This document shows positions 47,605 to 60,138 of a stretch of DNA of 64,000 nucleotides, piece after piece. The stretch is from Aestuariivirga sp. (GTDB lineage Bacteria; Pseudomonadota; Alphaproteobacteria; Rhizobiales; Aestuariivirgaceae), in NCBI RefSeq assembly GCF_037139295.1, contig NZ_JBAXGR010000008.1, forward strand, positions 6,890 through 70,889, read 5' to 3'. Every line of letters begins with the position of its first letter. The stretch's first letter is position 1. The translations under genes and the position numbers were made by a program. The notes beneath the pieces are model-generated. The model did not search any database and was not told the DNA's origin. It worked only from the letters and a program-made list of their open reading frames with translations.

Positions 47605-48778
47605 GCACGGCCTGCAGAACGTGCCGGACGCCAATCGAGCCGAGGAACTTGTCGTTCTCGTCGAAGATCGCCACGGGCGAAACATCGGTGTTGTGAATGG
47701 CCAGCATCACCACCTTCAGTGACGTGCCGGGCCTTGCCCAGAACACCGGCCGGTGATTGGCATCGACCGGCGTTTCCACATGGTCGCAGGACACCCATGT
47801 TGCGGGGTGGCCGTCACGCTCGGCGGCGATGACCTTGCCATCGGCCCCAAGCTTGAAGCGCGTGGTGCGGCGCGTGTCGAGCCACACCCAGCCGTCATCA
47901 CCGTGTTCGAGTTCGGGAAGACCGCGCATCACGTTCCACGCGGTCAGCACCGAGAGCGGGTTCACGTTGGCGATGAAGTCGCGCACGTAGTCGTTGGCGG
48001 GTTTCAGCACGATGTCTTCGGGTGTCCCCGACTGCACGATGCGGCCACCTTCCATGATGGTGATGCGGTTGCCAATCTTGAGCGCTTCCTCGAGGTCGTG
48101 GCTGACGAAGAGGATGGTCTTCTTGATCTGCTTCTGCAGCTGCAGGAGCTCGTCCTGCAGCTTGGTGCGGATCAGGGGGTCGAGCGCCGAGAAGGGCTCG
48201 TCCATCAGCAGGATGGGCGCTTCGGTGGCAAAGGCGCGGGCGAGGCCGACGCGCTGCTGCATGCCGCCCGAGAGTTCGTGCACGTATTTGTTGGCCCATT
48301 GCTTGAGGCCGACGAGCTCAAGCTGCTTGTCGACCTTGGCGTTGCGCTCGGCTTCCGGAATGCCGGCGAGCTCGAGGCCGAAGCCCGCATTCTCGCGCAC
48401 CGTGCGCCAGGGCAGCAGGGCGAACTGCTGGAACACCATGGCCACCTGCTTCTGGCGGATGTGGCGCAGCGTTGCGGCATTGCAGGAGGCGACGTCGACC
48501 ATGCGGTCGCCGTCCTTCACCAGCACCTCGCCGCCCGTCACCTTGTTGAGGCCGTTGACGGCGCGCAGCAGCGTTGACTTGCCGGAGCCCGAAAGCCCCA
48601 TCAGCACGCTGATTTCGCCCTCGTTCACCGTCAGGTTGGCTTGCGTTGCGCCGAGCACGGCGCCGGTACGCTTGAGGATTTCGGATCGGTCGACACCGCC
48701 ATGGGCAAGCTTCAGCGCCTCCTCGGTCTTGTCGCCGAAGATGATGTCAACGTTCCTGAACTCGATGGAGGCGGTCAT
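47588..48778 (-). CDS. choV: Choline/betaine ABC transporter ATP-binding protein
   Basis: [39 protein letters not shown] at 48778 overlaps the choW stop. Confidence 0.88.
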   Translation of the reverse strand: MTASIEFRNVDIIFGDKTEEALKLAHGGVDRSEILKRTGAVLGATQANLTVNEGEISVLMGLSGSGKSTLLRAVNGLNKVTGGEVLVKDGDRMVDVASCNAATLRHIRQKQVAMVFQQFALLPWRTVRENAGFGLELAGIPEAERNAKVDKQLELVGLKQWANKYVHELSGGMQQRVGLARAFATEAPILLMDEPFSALDPLIRTKLQDELLQLQKQIKKTILFVSHDLEEALKIGNRITIMEGGRIVQSGTPEDIVLKPANDYVRDFIANVNPLSVLTAWNVMRGLPELEHGDDGWVWLDTRRTTRFKLGADGKVIAAERDGHPATWVSCDHVETPVDANHRPVFWARPGTSLKVVMLAIHNTDVSPVAIFDENDKFLGSIGVRHVLQAVLKRQD

Positions 48779-49629
48779 TTCTTGGCCCCCGTCTTCACGG
48801 CAAGCATGCGGTCGAGGATGATGGCCAGCACCACGATGGCGAGGCCCGCCTCGATGCCCAGCGGGATGTTGCGGTTGGACAGCGCCTTGAACACCGGGTT
48901 GCCGAGGCTGGGGGCACCAATCAGCGTGGCGAAGACCACCATGGAGAGCGACAGCATGATGCACTGCGTGAGGCCCGCCATGATCGACGGCATGGCGGCC
49001 GGCAGCTCCACCTTCCACAGCAATTGCCGCTTGGTGGCGCCGAAGGCCTCGCCCGCCTCGATCATCGGTGTGGGAATGGAGGTGATGCCGAGATAGGTCA
49101 TCCGGACCGGCGCCGGCATGGCGAAGATGAAGGTGACGATGAGGGCGGGTGCCGCACCAAGGCCGAACAGGATGAGGATGGGGATCAGGTACACGAAGGT
49201 CGGCATGGTCTGCATCAGGTCAAGGACCGGCTGGGTGACACGCCAGACCTGCCGCTTGTGCGCAGCCCAGATGCCGAGCGGCACGCCGATCGCCATCGAC
49301 AGCGCGGTGGCGCCAACAACGAGCACCAGGGTCTGCACCGTTTCCTTCCACAGGCCCTGGTTGATGATGAACAGGAGACCGATGAACACACCGAGCGCCA
49401 GCTTCCAGGACTTCTGCAGCCAGTAGGCAAAGGCCGCGATCAGTACGGCGAGCAGCACCGCCGGGATTGCCAGCAGCGCCCATGTGGTGTTCTCGACGAC
49501 GAAGTTGAGTGAAATCTTGAGCCCATCGAAGAGCCACTGGAAATAGGTGACGATGAAGTCGATGGCGGTCTTGCCCCATGGGCCGACCGGCAATTTCCAT
49601 GACCGGATGAAAGTGGTGACGGGATCCAT
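48775..49629 (-). CDS. choW: Choline/betaine ABC transporter permease
   Basis: LDLMQTMPTFVYLIP, EAGEAFGAT, CIMLSLSMVV. Confidence 0.88.
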   Translation of the reverse strand: MDPVTTFIRSWKLPVGPWGKTAIDFIVTYFQWLFDGLKISLNFVVENTTWALLAIPAVLLAVLIAAFAYWLQKSWKLALGVFIGLLFIINQGLWKETVQTLVLVVGATALSMAIGVPLGIWAAHKRQVWRVTQPVLDLMQTMPTFVYLIPILILFGLGAAPALIVTFIFAMPAPVRMTYLGITSIPTPMIEAGEAFGATKRQLLWKVELPAAMPSIMAGLTQCIMLSLSMVVFATLIGAPSLGNPVFKALSNRNIPLGIEAGLAIVVLAIILDRMLAVKTGAKK

Positions 49630-49699
49630 CTGCCCCTCCCCCGAGAGCGACCTGCGCTGGCTATGCTGCCGCGTTCAGTCTGGCATGTCTTGGCCGAAA

Positions 49700-49736
49700 A
49701 GGAAAAGAAGAAGCCCGGGAGGTGTCTCCCGGGCTT
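49700..49736 (-). terminator. Hairpin/terminator after choX
   Basis: 11-bp stem aagcccgggag/ctcccgggctt, followed on the minus strand by cttcttttccttt. Confidence 0.65.
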
Positions 49737-49748
49737 GCTCGTCGTTTC

Positions 49749-50687
49749 TTAGCCCTTCAGCGCGGCGTCGACCGCGGCGGCTGCGTCACCGCCGTCGAAG
49801 GTCGTGACGCCCTGCAGCCAGGGCTTCACCACATCGGGGTTGGCCTTCAGCCATGCCTTGGCGGTTTCCTTCGGATCAGCACTGTTCTTCAGCACCGGGT
49901 CCATCATGGCGCCTTCCATGGCGAGGTCGAACTTGAGGTTCTTCAGGAGCGCGCCGACATTCGGGCACTCTGTGGTGTAGCCCGCGCGGGCAATGGTGTA
50001 GACCGTTGCGGCGCCGAAGCCCGAGTCACCCATGCCGTCGAGATAGGCGATTTTCATTTCGCCCATGACCGGATGCGGCGTCCAGCCGAGGAAGACGATC
50101 CACTGGTTGTCCTTCATGGCCTTCTCGGCCTCGGTCAACATGCCCGCCTCGGAGCTTTCGACCAGCGTGAAGCCCTTCAGATTGTTCTTCGGATCGTCGA
50201 TCATCGTCTGGATGATGCGGTTGCCGTCGTTGCCGGCTTCAATGCCGAAGATCTTGCCGCTGAACTTGTCGGCATTGGCGCCGAGGTCGCCAAGCGACTT
50301 CACGCCGGCGTCCGCCACATACTGCGGGACGACAAGGCCATAGCCCGCGCCCTCAAGGTTGGCGGCCACCTGCTCGATCGACTTGTCATCGAGGTAGGCC
50401 TTGATGTCGGCGGTCATGGACGGCATCCAGTTACCCAGGAACACGTCGATGTCCTTGTTCTTGAGCGAGGCCATGGTGACCGGCACAGAGAGTGTGGACA
50501 CCTGCGGCTCATAGCCCAGCGCCTCGAGGACCACCGAGGTGGCACCGGTGGTGACCTGGATGTCGGTCCAGCCCACATCGGCAAAGCGCACGGCCTTGCA
50601 GCTGGCCGGATCGGCGGCGAAGGCCGTGGAGGTCATGGCCACGCCAATGACGGCAGCCGCCGCCACACTCTTGATGAATGACTTCAT
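49749..50687 (-). CDS. choX: Choline ABC transporter substrate-binding protein
   Basis: ADPASCKAVRFADVGWTDI, FLGNWMP, GIEAGNDGN, FLGWTPHP. Confidence 0.9.
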   Translation of the reverse strand: MKSFIKSVAAAAVIGVAMTSTAFAADPASCKAVRFADVGWTDIQVTTGATSVVLEALGYEPQVSTLSVPVTMASLKNKDIDVFLGNWMPSMTADIKAYLDDKSIEQVAANLEGAGYGLVVPQYVADAGVKSLGDLGANADKFSGKIFGIEAGNDGNRIIQTMIDDPKNNLKGFTLVESSEAGMLTEAEKAMKDNQWIVFLGWTPHPVMGEMKIAYLDGMGDSGFGAATVYTIARAGYTTECPNVGALLKNLKFDLAMEGAMMDPVLKNSADPKETAKAWLKANPDVVKPWLQGVTTFDGGDAAAAVDAALKG

Positions 50688-50770
50688 AATTAGCTCCCTG
50701 TTCGCCCGGTCCTTGTCGGCAGACCGCGGCTTGGAGAGAAGAGTAATTCAGGTTCCACGCCCTCGGCAAG

Positions 50771-50798
50771 TTTTCATTGGACAGCTGACCAATAAAAA
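50771..50798. promoter_or_regulatory. Probable BetI operator
   Basis: 28-bp imperfect palindrome ttttcattggacagctgaccaataaaaa between divergent choX and betI. Confidence 0.65.
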
Positions 50799-50824
50799 AC
50801 GACAGTTTTCCCGCGGAGGGCGGG

Positions 50825-51442
50825 ATGCCGAAGCTCGGAATGGCGCCGATCAGGCGAAAGCAGCTGGTGGAGGCGGCGATTGCCGCCATCCATGAGCACG
50901 GCTTCGCCAATGCCACCGTAGCGCGCATTGCTGCCCAGGCCGGGATTTCGGCCGGCATGGTGCACCACTACTTCAAGGACAAGGACGAGCTGCTCTTCGC
51001 CACCATGCGCCACCTGCTGGCGGAACTGCGTGCCGATGCCGTGGCGCGGCTGTCGCGCACCACCGAGCCCACCGCGCGCATCCGCGCCATCATCGATGCC
51101 TGCTTCGGTGATGCGCAGTTCGACGAGCAGGTGTTCAGCGCCTGGCTGGCGCTTTATGGCAATGCCCGCCAATCGCCACGGCTGATGAACATCCTTTCGC
51201 TCTATCACCGCCGCCTCAGGAGCAGCCTGCTCCATGACCTGCGCCGCATCGTCAACGAGGCAGACGCGCTCCGCCTGGCGGAAGGCATCGCCGCGATGAT
51301 CGACGGTCTGTGGCTGCGCTATGCGCTGACCGGCAAGCCGGCCAACCCCGAGGCGCCACGCGCGCTGACGCGCGATTATCTTGCCGCAGCGCTCGCGCGC
51401 ACTTCCAACATGGATCGCGCCGGACTAAAGATGCTCGCCTGA
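50825..51442 (+). CDS. betI: TetR-family choline-responsive repressor BetI
   Basis: MPKLGMAPIRRKQL, HHYFKDKDELL, RRLRSSL, AAMIDGLWLR. Confidence 0.93.
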   Translation: MPKLGMAPIRRKQLVEAAIAAIHEHGFANATVARIAAQAGISAGMVHHYFKDKDELLFATMRHLLAELRADAVARLSRTTEPTARIRAIIDACFGDAQFDEQVFSAWLALYGNARQSPRLMNILSLYHRRLRSSLLHDLRRIVNEADALRLAEGIAAMIDGLWLRYALTGKPANPEAPRALTRDYLAAALARTSNMDRAGLKMLA

Positions 51443-51460
51443 ACAGGGAAGGGCTGACAC

Positions 51461-52447
51461 ATGAAACCCGTGAAGTGGGGCATCATCTCGACGGCGAACA
51501 TCGGCGTGGCCAAGGTCATTCCGGGCATGCTGAAGTCGAAGGACATCGACATCGTCGCGATCTCCTCGCGCAACAAGAAGACAGCACAGGAATGGGCTGG
51601 AAAACTGGGCATTCCCAAGGCCTATGGCTCCTACGAGGAGATGCTGGCCGACCCCGAGATCGAGGCCGTCTACAACCCGCTGCCGAACCATCTGCATGTA
51701 CCTCTCACGCTCGCCGCAGCGAAGGCCGGCAAGCACGTGCTGTGCGAGAAGCCCATCGCCATCACGGCGAAGGAGGCGATGCAGCTCAAGAAGATCAAGA
51801 ACGTCTTCGTGGCGGAAGCCTTCATGGTGCGCCACGCCACGCAGTGGCTCGCCGCGCGCGACCTGGTGAAGAAGAAGAAAATCGGTGACGTGCGCGCCAT
51901 CCAGGTGCTGTTCTCCTATTTCAACCGCGACCCGAAGAACGTGCGCAACAAGGCTGACATTGGCGGCGGCGGCCTCTTGGACATCGGCTGCTATCCGATC
52001 ACGGTCTCGCGCTTCATCTTCGATGGCGAACCGACGCGCGTTGTCGGCACCTTCGACCGCGACCCCAAGTTCGGCACCGACCGCATCGCCGGCGGCCTTG
52101 CCGACTTCGGCCAGGGCCGGCACCTGTCCTTCACCGTCTCCACCCAGCTGGCGCCCTATCAGCGCGTCAACATCATGGGCACCAAGGGCCGGATCGAGAT
52201 CGAGATTCCCTTCAACGCGCCGCCTGACCAGCCCAACCGCTATTTCGTGCAGGGCATGGAGATGAACGAGGGGGAATGGACGTCGCTTCCGGTCTCTGAC
52301 CAGTACCAGCTGCAGGCGGAGGCCTTCGGCCGCGTCATCCGCCAGAAGCAGAAGCCCTTCTGGGGCGTGGAGGACGCCATCCAGAACATGAAGATCCTCG
52401 ATGCCTTCTTCCGTTCGGAAAAGAGCAAAAAGTGGGAAAAACCCTGA
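51461..52447 (+). CDS. Gfo/Idh/MocA-family oxidoreductase
   Basis: KWGIISTANIG, AVYNPLPNHLH, GKHVLCEKP, GGGGLLDIGCY. Confidence 0.92.
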   Translation: MKPVKWGIISTANIGVAKVIPGMLKSKDIDIVAISSRNKKTAQEWAGKLGIPKAYGSYEEMLADPEIEAVYNPLPNHLHVPLTLAAAKAGKHVLCEKPIAITAKEAMQLKKIKNVFVAEAFMVRHATQWLAARDLVKKKKIGDVRAIQVLFSYFNRDPKNVRNKADIGGGGLLDIGCYPITVSRFIFDGEPTRVVGTFDRDPKFGTDRIAGGLADFGQGRHLSFTVSTQLAPYQRVNIMGTKGRIEIEIPFNAPPDQPNRYFVQGMEMNEGEWTSLPVSDQYQLQAEAFGRVIRQKQKPFWGVEDAIQNMKILDAFFRSEKSKKWEKP

Positions 52448-52471
52448 GGTTCCGGACACTTCTCGAAGCCA

Positions 52472-52500
52472 TTGACGGACGCGCGCGGCCTCTCTATAAG
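52472..52500 (+). promoter_or_regulatory. sigma70 promoter of rpsT
   Basis: TTGACG-N17-TATAAG. Confidence 0.75.
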
Positions 52501-52608
52501 CCCGCAATCCCGATGGGCCGGAAAGACGGGCCGTCTGCCAGTGGCATGACGGCGCGAAGTCTTGGAAAGCCGATCAAACGAATTTTCTGAAGCAGGATCT
52601 AAAGCCAA

Positions 52609-52875
52609 ATGGCCAATACGAAATCGGCGAAGAAGGCCACCCGCGTCTCCGCCCGTCGCACCGAGATCAACAAGAACCGCGTCAGCCGCATGCGCACCTT
52701 CGTGCGCAAGGTCGAGGAGGCAATCGCCTCCGGCAACCAGGCGGAAGCTGCCGCTGCCCTGCAGGCCGCCCAGCCCGAGCTGATGCGTGGCGCCCAGAAG
52801 GGCATCCTCCACAAGAACACCGCATCGCGCAAGGTGTCGCGCCTGGCCGCACGAGTGAAGTCGCTCAAGGCCTGA
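52609..52875 (+). CDS. rpsT: 30S ribosomal protein S20
   Basis: MANTKSAKK...[10 protein letters not shown]...[16 protein letters not shown]. Confidence 0.98.
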   Translation: MANTKSAKKATRVSARRTEINKNRVSRMRTFVRKVEEAIASGNQAEAAAALQAAQPELMRGAQKGILHKNTASRKVSRLAARVKSLKA

Positions 52876-52916
52876 TAACGGTCGTTCTGCCTCCGCAGGA
52901 CTGCATATTTCGGTCG

Positions 52917-52951
52917 ACGCCGGACAGACTTTGTCCGGCGTTTTTTGTTTT
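52917..52951 (+). terminator. Intrinsic terminator of rpsT
   Basis: Stem acgccggaca/tgtccggcgt followed by a T run. Confidence 0.8.
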
Positions 52952-52969
52952 GCGTCCGGCATTTTAGGC

Positions 52970-52978
52970 TTTTCCACA
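52970..52978 (+). promoter_or_regulatory. DnaA box
   Basis: TTTTCCACA matches TTWTNCACA. Confidence 0.55.
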
Positions 52979-53424
52979 GTCACCGTATTTGTCCGGATAC
53001 GGAACGTCTCGCGCAGAATTCTTGACGCTGAATCAACGGTTTATCAACCAGCCTCGTGAAGGGTGCCATAAACCTCGCGCCATGCTGACGGCAGGCTCCC
53101 GACTCCGTGTCACTAATGATGCACGCCGTCGCGCGCTTGCCCACTCAAGTGCCTCCGCAAAAGTGGAAGAGTCTCAGGGTGTTAGGTTTGACTCACCGGA
53201 AAGCTTTGCAGCCGGAATGCCGTCAAGCCACTTCCGTGTACGGAGCGTTTCCTGAATCAGGTTGCTTGAGCGGCGAGCGCTTTTGTAAGTTCTCCTTCGT
53301 GGGCGGGCCAAATGGCCACTCGCCTGCAACACAACAGCAGAACCAGGGCCTGTTGCGCCCATCGGTTCTGACAGCGTTCAGTTCTGGCGTTTGCTGGGCG
53401 GTCTTCGTCCAAGCGGATGGATAT

Positions 53425-53433
53425 TGTGTATAA
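53425..53433 (-). promoter_or_regulatory. DnaA box
   Basis: tgtgtataa = TTATACACA on the minus strand. Confidence 0.55.
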
Positions 53434-53673
53434 GTGAGGGCTTGGTGAGTGAGCGCTTTGCAGGTGGGGCTTGGGGGCACATGACAAAGCGCAACGACTG
53501 CACCGGCTCAAATGAGTGCTACGGCAGGGGCATGTGATGAACACTTCGGAAATTTCGGCCTTCGTCCCGGCGTGCGCTGACTTCTAGTCGGCGGCGATCA
53601 CAGGGAATGAGAGACGGTTGGGCCATCGGCTCAGTCGCAATGATGATGCGCGCCGCAGAATGCGCGCGAAGGG

Positions 53674-55113
53674 ATGCGGAAGAGAATGACTGTTTTGACG
53701 GACGTGAAAACGAGGTGGGATCGTGTTGCGCTTCGGCTGCGTGCTGAACTTGGTGAAGATCTCTACACTTCGTGGTTCGCCCGCATGGAGCTCGAAGAGT
53801 TCGAGCAGGGCCGCCTGATCGTTTCCGTTCCCACCCGCTTCCTGAAATCCTGGATCGAGACCCATTACGTCTCCAAGCTGCACAAGATCAGCGAGGCCGA
53901 ACTCGGCCAATTTGATACCATTCATGTGCGCGTGCGTATGCGGGCCGGCGTTGCCCAGCGCGCCGCGTCGGATGAAAATGGCTCTCATGCGCCGCATTCC
54001 GCGGCCGCACCGCATCCGCAGCCCTCGGTGGTTGCCCAGGCTCAGGCCGTGGCCGCCGCCGAACGCGGGCCGCAACTTGATCCCAACCAGACCTTCGAGA
54101 CCTTCATGGTGGGTTCATCCAATCAGCTGGCCCATGCCGCGATGTGCCGCGTGGCGGATGCCGCCCCCGGCGCTGCCGTCACCTTCAACCCGCTGTTCGT
54201 TCATGCAGGCTCGGGGCTGGGCAAGACGCATCTGCTTTCCGCCGTCGCCCACCGCGTGAAGGAAAAGCGCCCGGACCGCCGCGTGATGGTCCTCACCGCC
54301 GAACGCTTCATGATCAATTTCGTGATGGCGCTCCGCCAGCGTGACACCCTGGCCTTCAAGGACCAGTTCGCCGCGGTGGATGTTCTCCTGATCGACGATT
54401 TCCAGTTCCTGCAGGGCAAGACCATGCAGCAGGAGTTCTGCAATGCCTTCAACGGCCTCGTGGACTCGCGCCGGCAGGTGATTGTGGCCGCCGACGTGCC
54501 GCCCTCGCAGCTTGACTCGATCGACCAGCGCATGCGCTCGCGCCTGATGGGAGGCCTCGTCGTTGACATCGAGATGCCAGATCTCGAAACCCGCCGCCGC
54601 ATTCTGCAGAGCCGCTACGAGACGATGCAGAAGCGCGACCCCTCGATCCTGATCCCTGACGAGGTGCTGGAATTCATCGCCAACCGGGTGACCGGCACGG
54701 GCCGCGAACTGGAAGGCGCCCTGAACCGCATCACCGCCTACCAGCAGTTCAACAATGCCGCCGTGACGCTTGATCTTGCCTCACTGGTGCTGCGCGACAT
54801 GCAGTCCAGCCCAGATGGTTCGCGCATCAAGATCGACGACATCCTGAAGATCGTCGGCCGCCACTTCAACGTGGGCCGCACCGACCTGCTGTCGCCCCGC
54901 CGGGCGCGGAGCGTGGTGGTTCCCCGCCAGATCGGCATGTATCTGGCCAAGAAGATGACCGCCCGGTCGCTGCCCGAGATCGGCCGCCGCTTCGGTGGCA
55001 GGGACCATTCGACGGTGCTGCACGCCGTGCGCAAGATCGAGGACCAGATCAAGACGGACGACAAGCTCGCCCGCGAGGTGGCCCTCCTCATCCGGCTCGT
55101 CGAACAGGGCTGA
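53674..55113 (+). CDS. dnaA: Chromosomal replication initiator
   Basis: NPLFVHAGSGLGKTHL, LLIDDFQFL, RELEGAL, SLPEIGRRFGGRDHSTVLHA. Alternative ATG at 53686. Confidence 0.98.
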   Translation: MRKRMTVLTDVKTRWDRVALRLRAELGEDLYTSWFARMELEEFEQGRLIVSVPTRFLKSWIETHYVSKLHKISEAELGQFDTIHVRVRMRAGVAQRAASDENGSHAPHSAAAPHPQPSVVAQAQAVAAAERGPQLDPNQTFETFMVGSSNQLAHAAMCRVADAAPGAAVTFNPLFVHAGSGLGKTHLLSAVAHRVKEKRPDRRVMVLTAERFMINFVMALRQRDTLAFKDQFAAVDVLLIDDFQFLQGKTMQQEFCNAFNGLVDSRRQVIVAADVPPSQLDSIDQRMRSRLMGGLVVDIEMPDLETRRRILQSRYETMQKRDPSILIPDEVLEFIANRVTGTGRELEGALNRITAYQQFNNAAVTLDLASLVLRDMQSSPDGSRIKIDDILKIVGRHFNVGRTDLLSPRRARSVVVPRQIGMYLAKKMTARSLPEIGRRFGGRDHSTVLHAVRKIEDQIKTDDKLAREVALLIRLVEQG

Positions 55114-55209
55114 AAAACCGCCGATAACCCTTGAATTGGCGCGGTTTCCGCGCCAAAGTTTCCGGCCCGGCGAATGGCCGGAAACCACAGGACGAGGGAT
55201 TACCGGCTC

Positions 55210-56322
55210 ATGCGTGTCACGATCGAAAGGTCAGCTTTCCTCAAGGCGCTCACCCATGTGCAGAGCGTCGTCGAACGCCGGAATACCATTCCCATCCTGT
55301 CCAACGTGTTGCTCCAGGCGGGCGACGGCCAGCTGAAGCTGACGGCCACCGACCTCGATATCGAGATCGTCGAAAGCGTGCCTGCGGAGGTTTCGAAGTC
55401 CGGGGCCACCACCGTGCCCGCGCACATGCTCTATGACATCGTGCGCAAGCTTCCCGACGGCGCCCAGCTCGAACTCGAGCAGGCGGGCGACGGCCAGAGG
55501 GTGTCGATCTTCGCCGGCCGTTCACGTTTCGCGCTGCAGGCGCTGCCACATGAGGATTTCCCCGATCTCGCGGCGGGCGACTTCCCCAACCACTTTGCCA
55601 TCGCCGCCACCGAGCTTCGGGGCCTCATCGAGAAGACGCGCTTTGCGATCTCGACCGAGGAAACACGCTACTATCTCAACGGCATCTATTTCCATGACGT
55701 CGCGGCGGGCGGCCTGCTGCGCGCAGTGGCGACCGACGGCCACCGCCTCGCCCAGGCGCAGATCCCGCGTCCTGACGGGGCCAAGAACATGCCGGGCGTC
55801 ATCATTCCCCGAAAGACGGTGCTGGAAGTCGTGAAGCTGTTCGAAGGCGTCGATGGTGCTGTCGAAGTCTCGCTCTCTGCCGCCAAGGTGCGCTTCGCGG
55901 CGGGCGACCTGGTGCTCACGTCGAAGCTCATCGACGGCACCTTCCCGGATTATGAGCGCGTCATCCCGCGCAACAACGACAAGAAGCTGGAGCTCGACAC
56001 CAAGACCTTCGCTCAGGCGGTGGACCGCGTGTCCACCATCTCGCAGGAAAAGGGCCGCGCGGTGAAGCTGGCCATTGGCGGCAACAAGGTGATCCTCACC
56101 GTCAACAACCCGGATTCGGGCTCCGCCGAGGAAGAGGTGGCTTGTTCCTATGACGCCGATCCGCTCGAGATCGGCTTCAACTCGCGCTACCTGATGGATG
56201 TGGCGGGCCAGATGAAGTCGGACGCCATGGAGCTGCAGCTGGCGGATGCCGGCTCGCCCACCATCGTGCGTGACCCGACGGATGAGCAGGCCCTCTATGT
56301 GCTCATGCCCATGCGGGTGTAA
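55210..56322 (+). CDS. dnaN: DNA polymerase III beta clamp
   Basis: RRNTIPILSN, ATDLDIE, TEETRYYLNG, ATDGHRLA, GTFPDY, LMPMRV. Confidence 0.98.
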   Translation: MRVTIERSAFLKALTHVQSVVERRNTIPILSNVLLQAGDGQLKLTATDLDIEIVESVPAEVSKSGATTVPAHMLYDIVRKLPDGAQLELEQAGDGQRVSIFAGRSRFALQALPHEDFPDLAAGDFPNHFAIAATELRGLIEKTRFAISTEETRYYLNGIYFHDVAAGGLLRAVATDGHRLAQAQIPRPDGAKNMPGVIIPRKTVLEVVKLFEGVDGAVEVSLSAAKVRFAAGDLVLTSKLIDGTFPDYERVIPRNNDKKLELDTKTFAQAVDRVSTISQEKGRAVKLAIGGNKVILTVNNPDSGSAEEEVACSYDADPLEIGFNSRYLMDVAGQMKSDAMELQLADAGSPTIVRDPTDEQALYVLMPMRV

Positions 56323-56331
56323 GCCTCGTTT

Positions 56332-59918
<3,587 letters not shown>

Positions 59919-59926
59919 GTTTCCGC

Positions 59927-59941
59927 TTAAGCCCTCGTTAG
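59927..59941. promoter_or_regulatory. CtrA-like binding site upstream of the repeat-protein gene
   Basis: TTAA-gccctcg-TTAG, one mismatch to TTAA-N7-TTAA. Confidence 0.45.
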
Positions 59942-60138
59942 GATTCCGTCGCTAACATCAACACTGCGGAAGGTGAGCTATCATGGCTCCCGGGCATGAT
60001 GCCGCCGCCACCCCCGTCCTGTCCCTGACCATTTGAGCACTGTGCAAGTCTCGCGCAGGGTTGCGGCGGCAATGTCTTCCATGCGGATCGTGAGGTTGAT
60101 TGGGGGTGCGAGCAGCTCCACCCAGCGGGAGCCCATCT

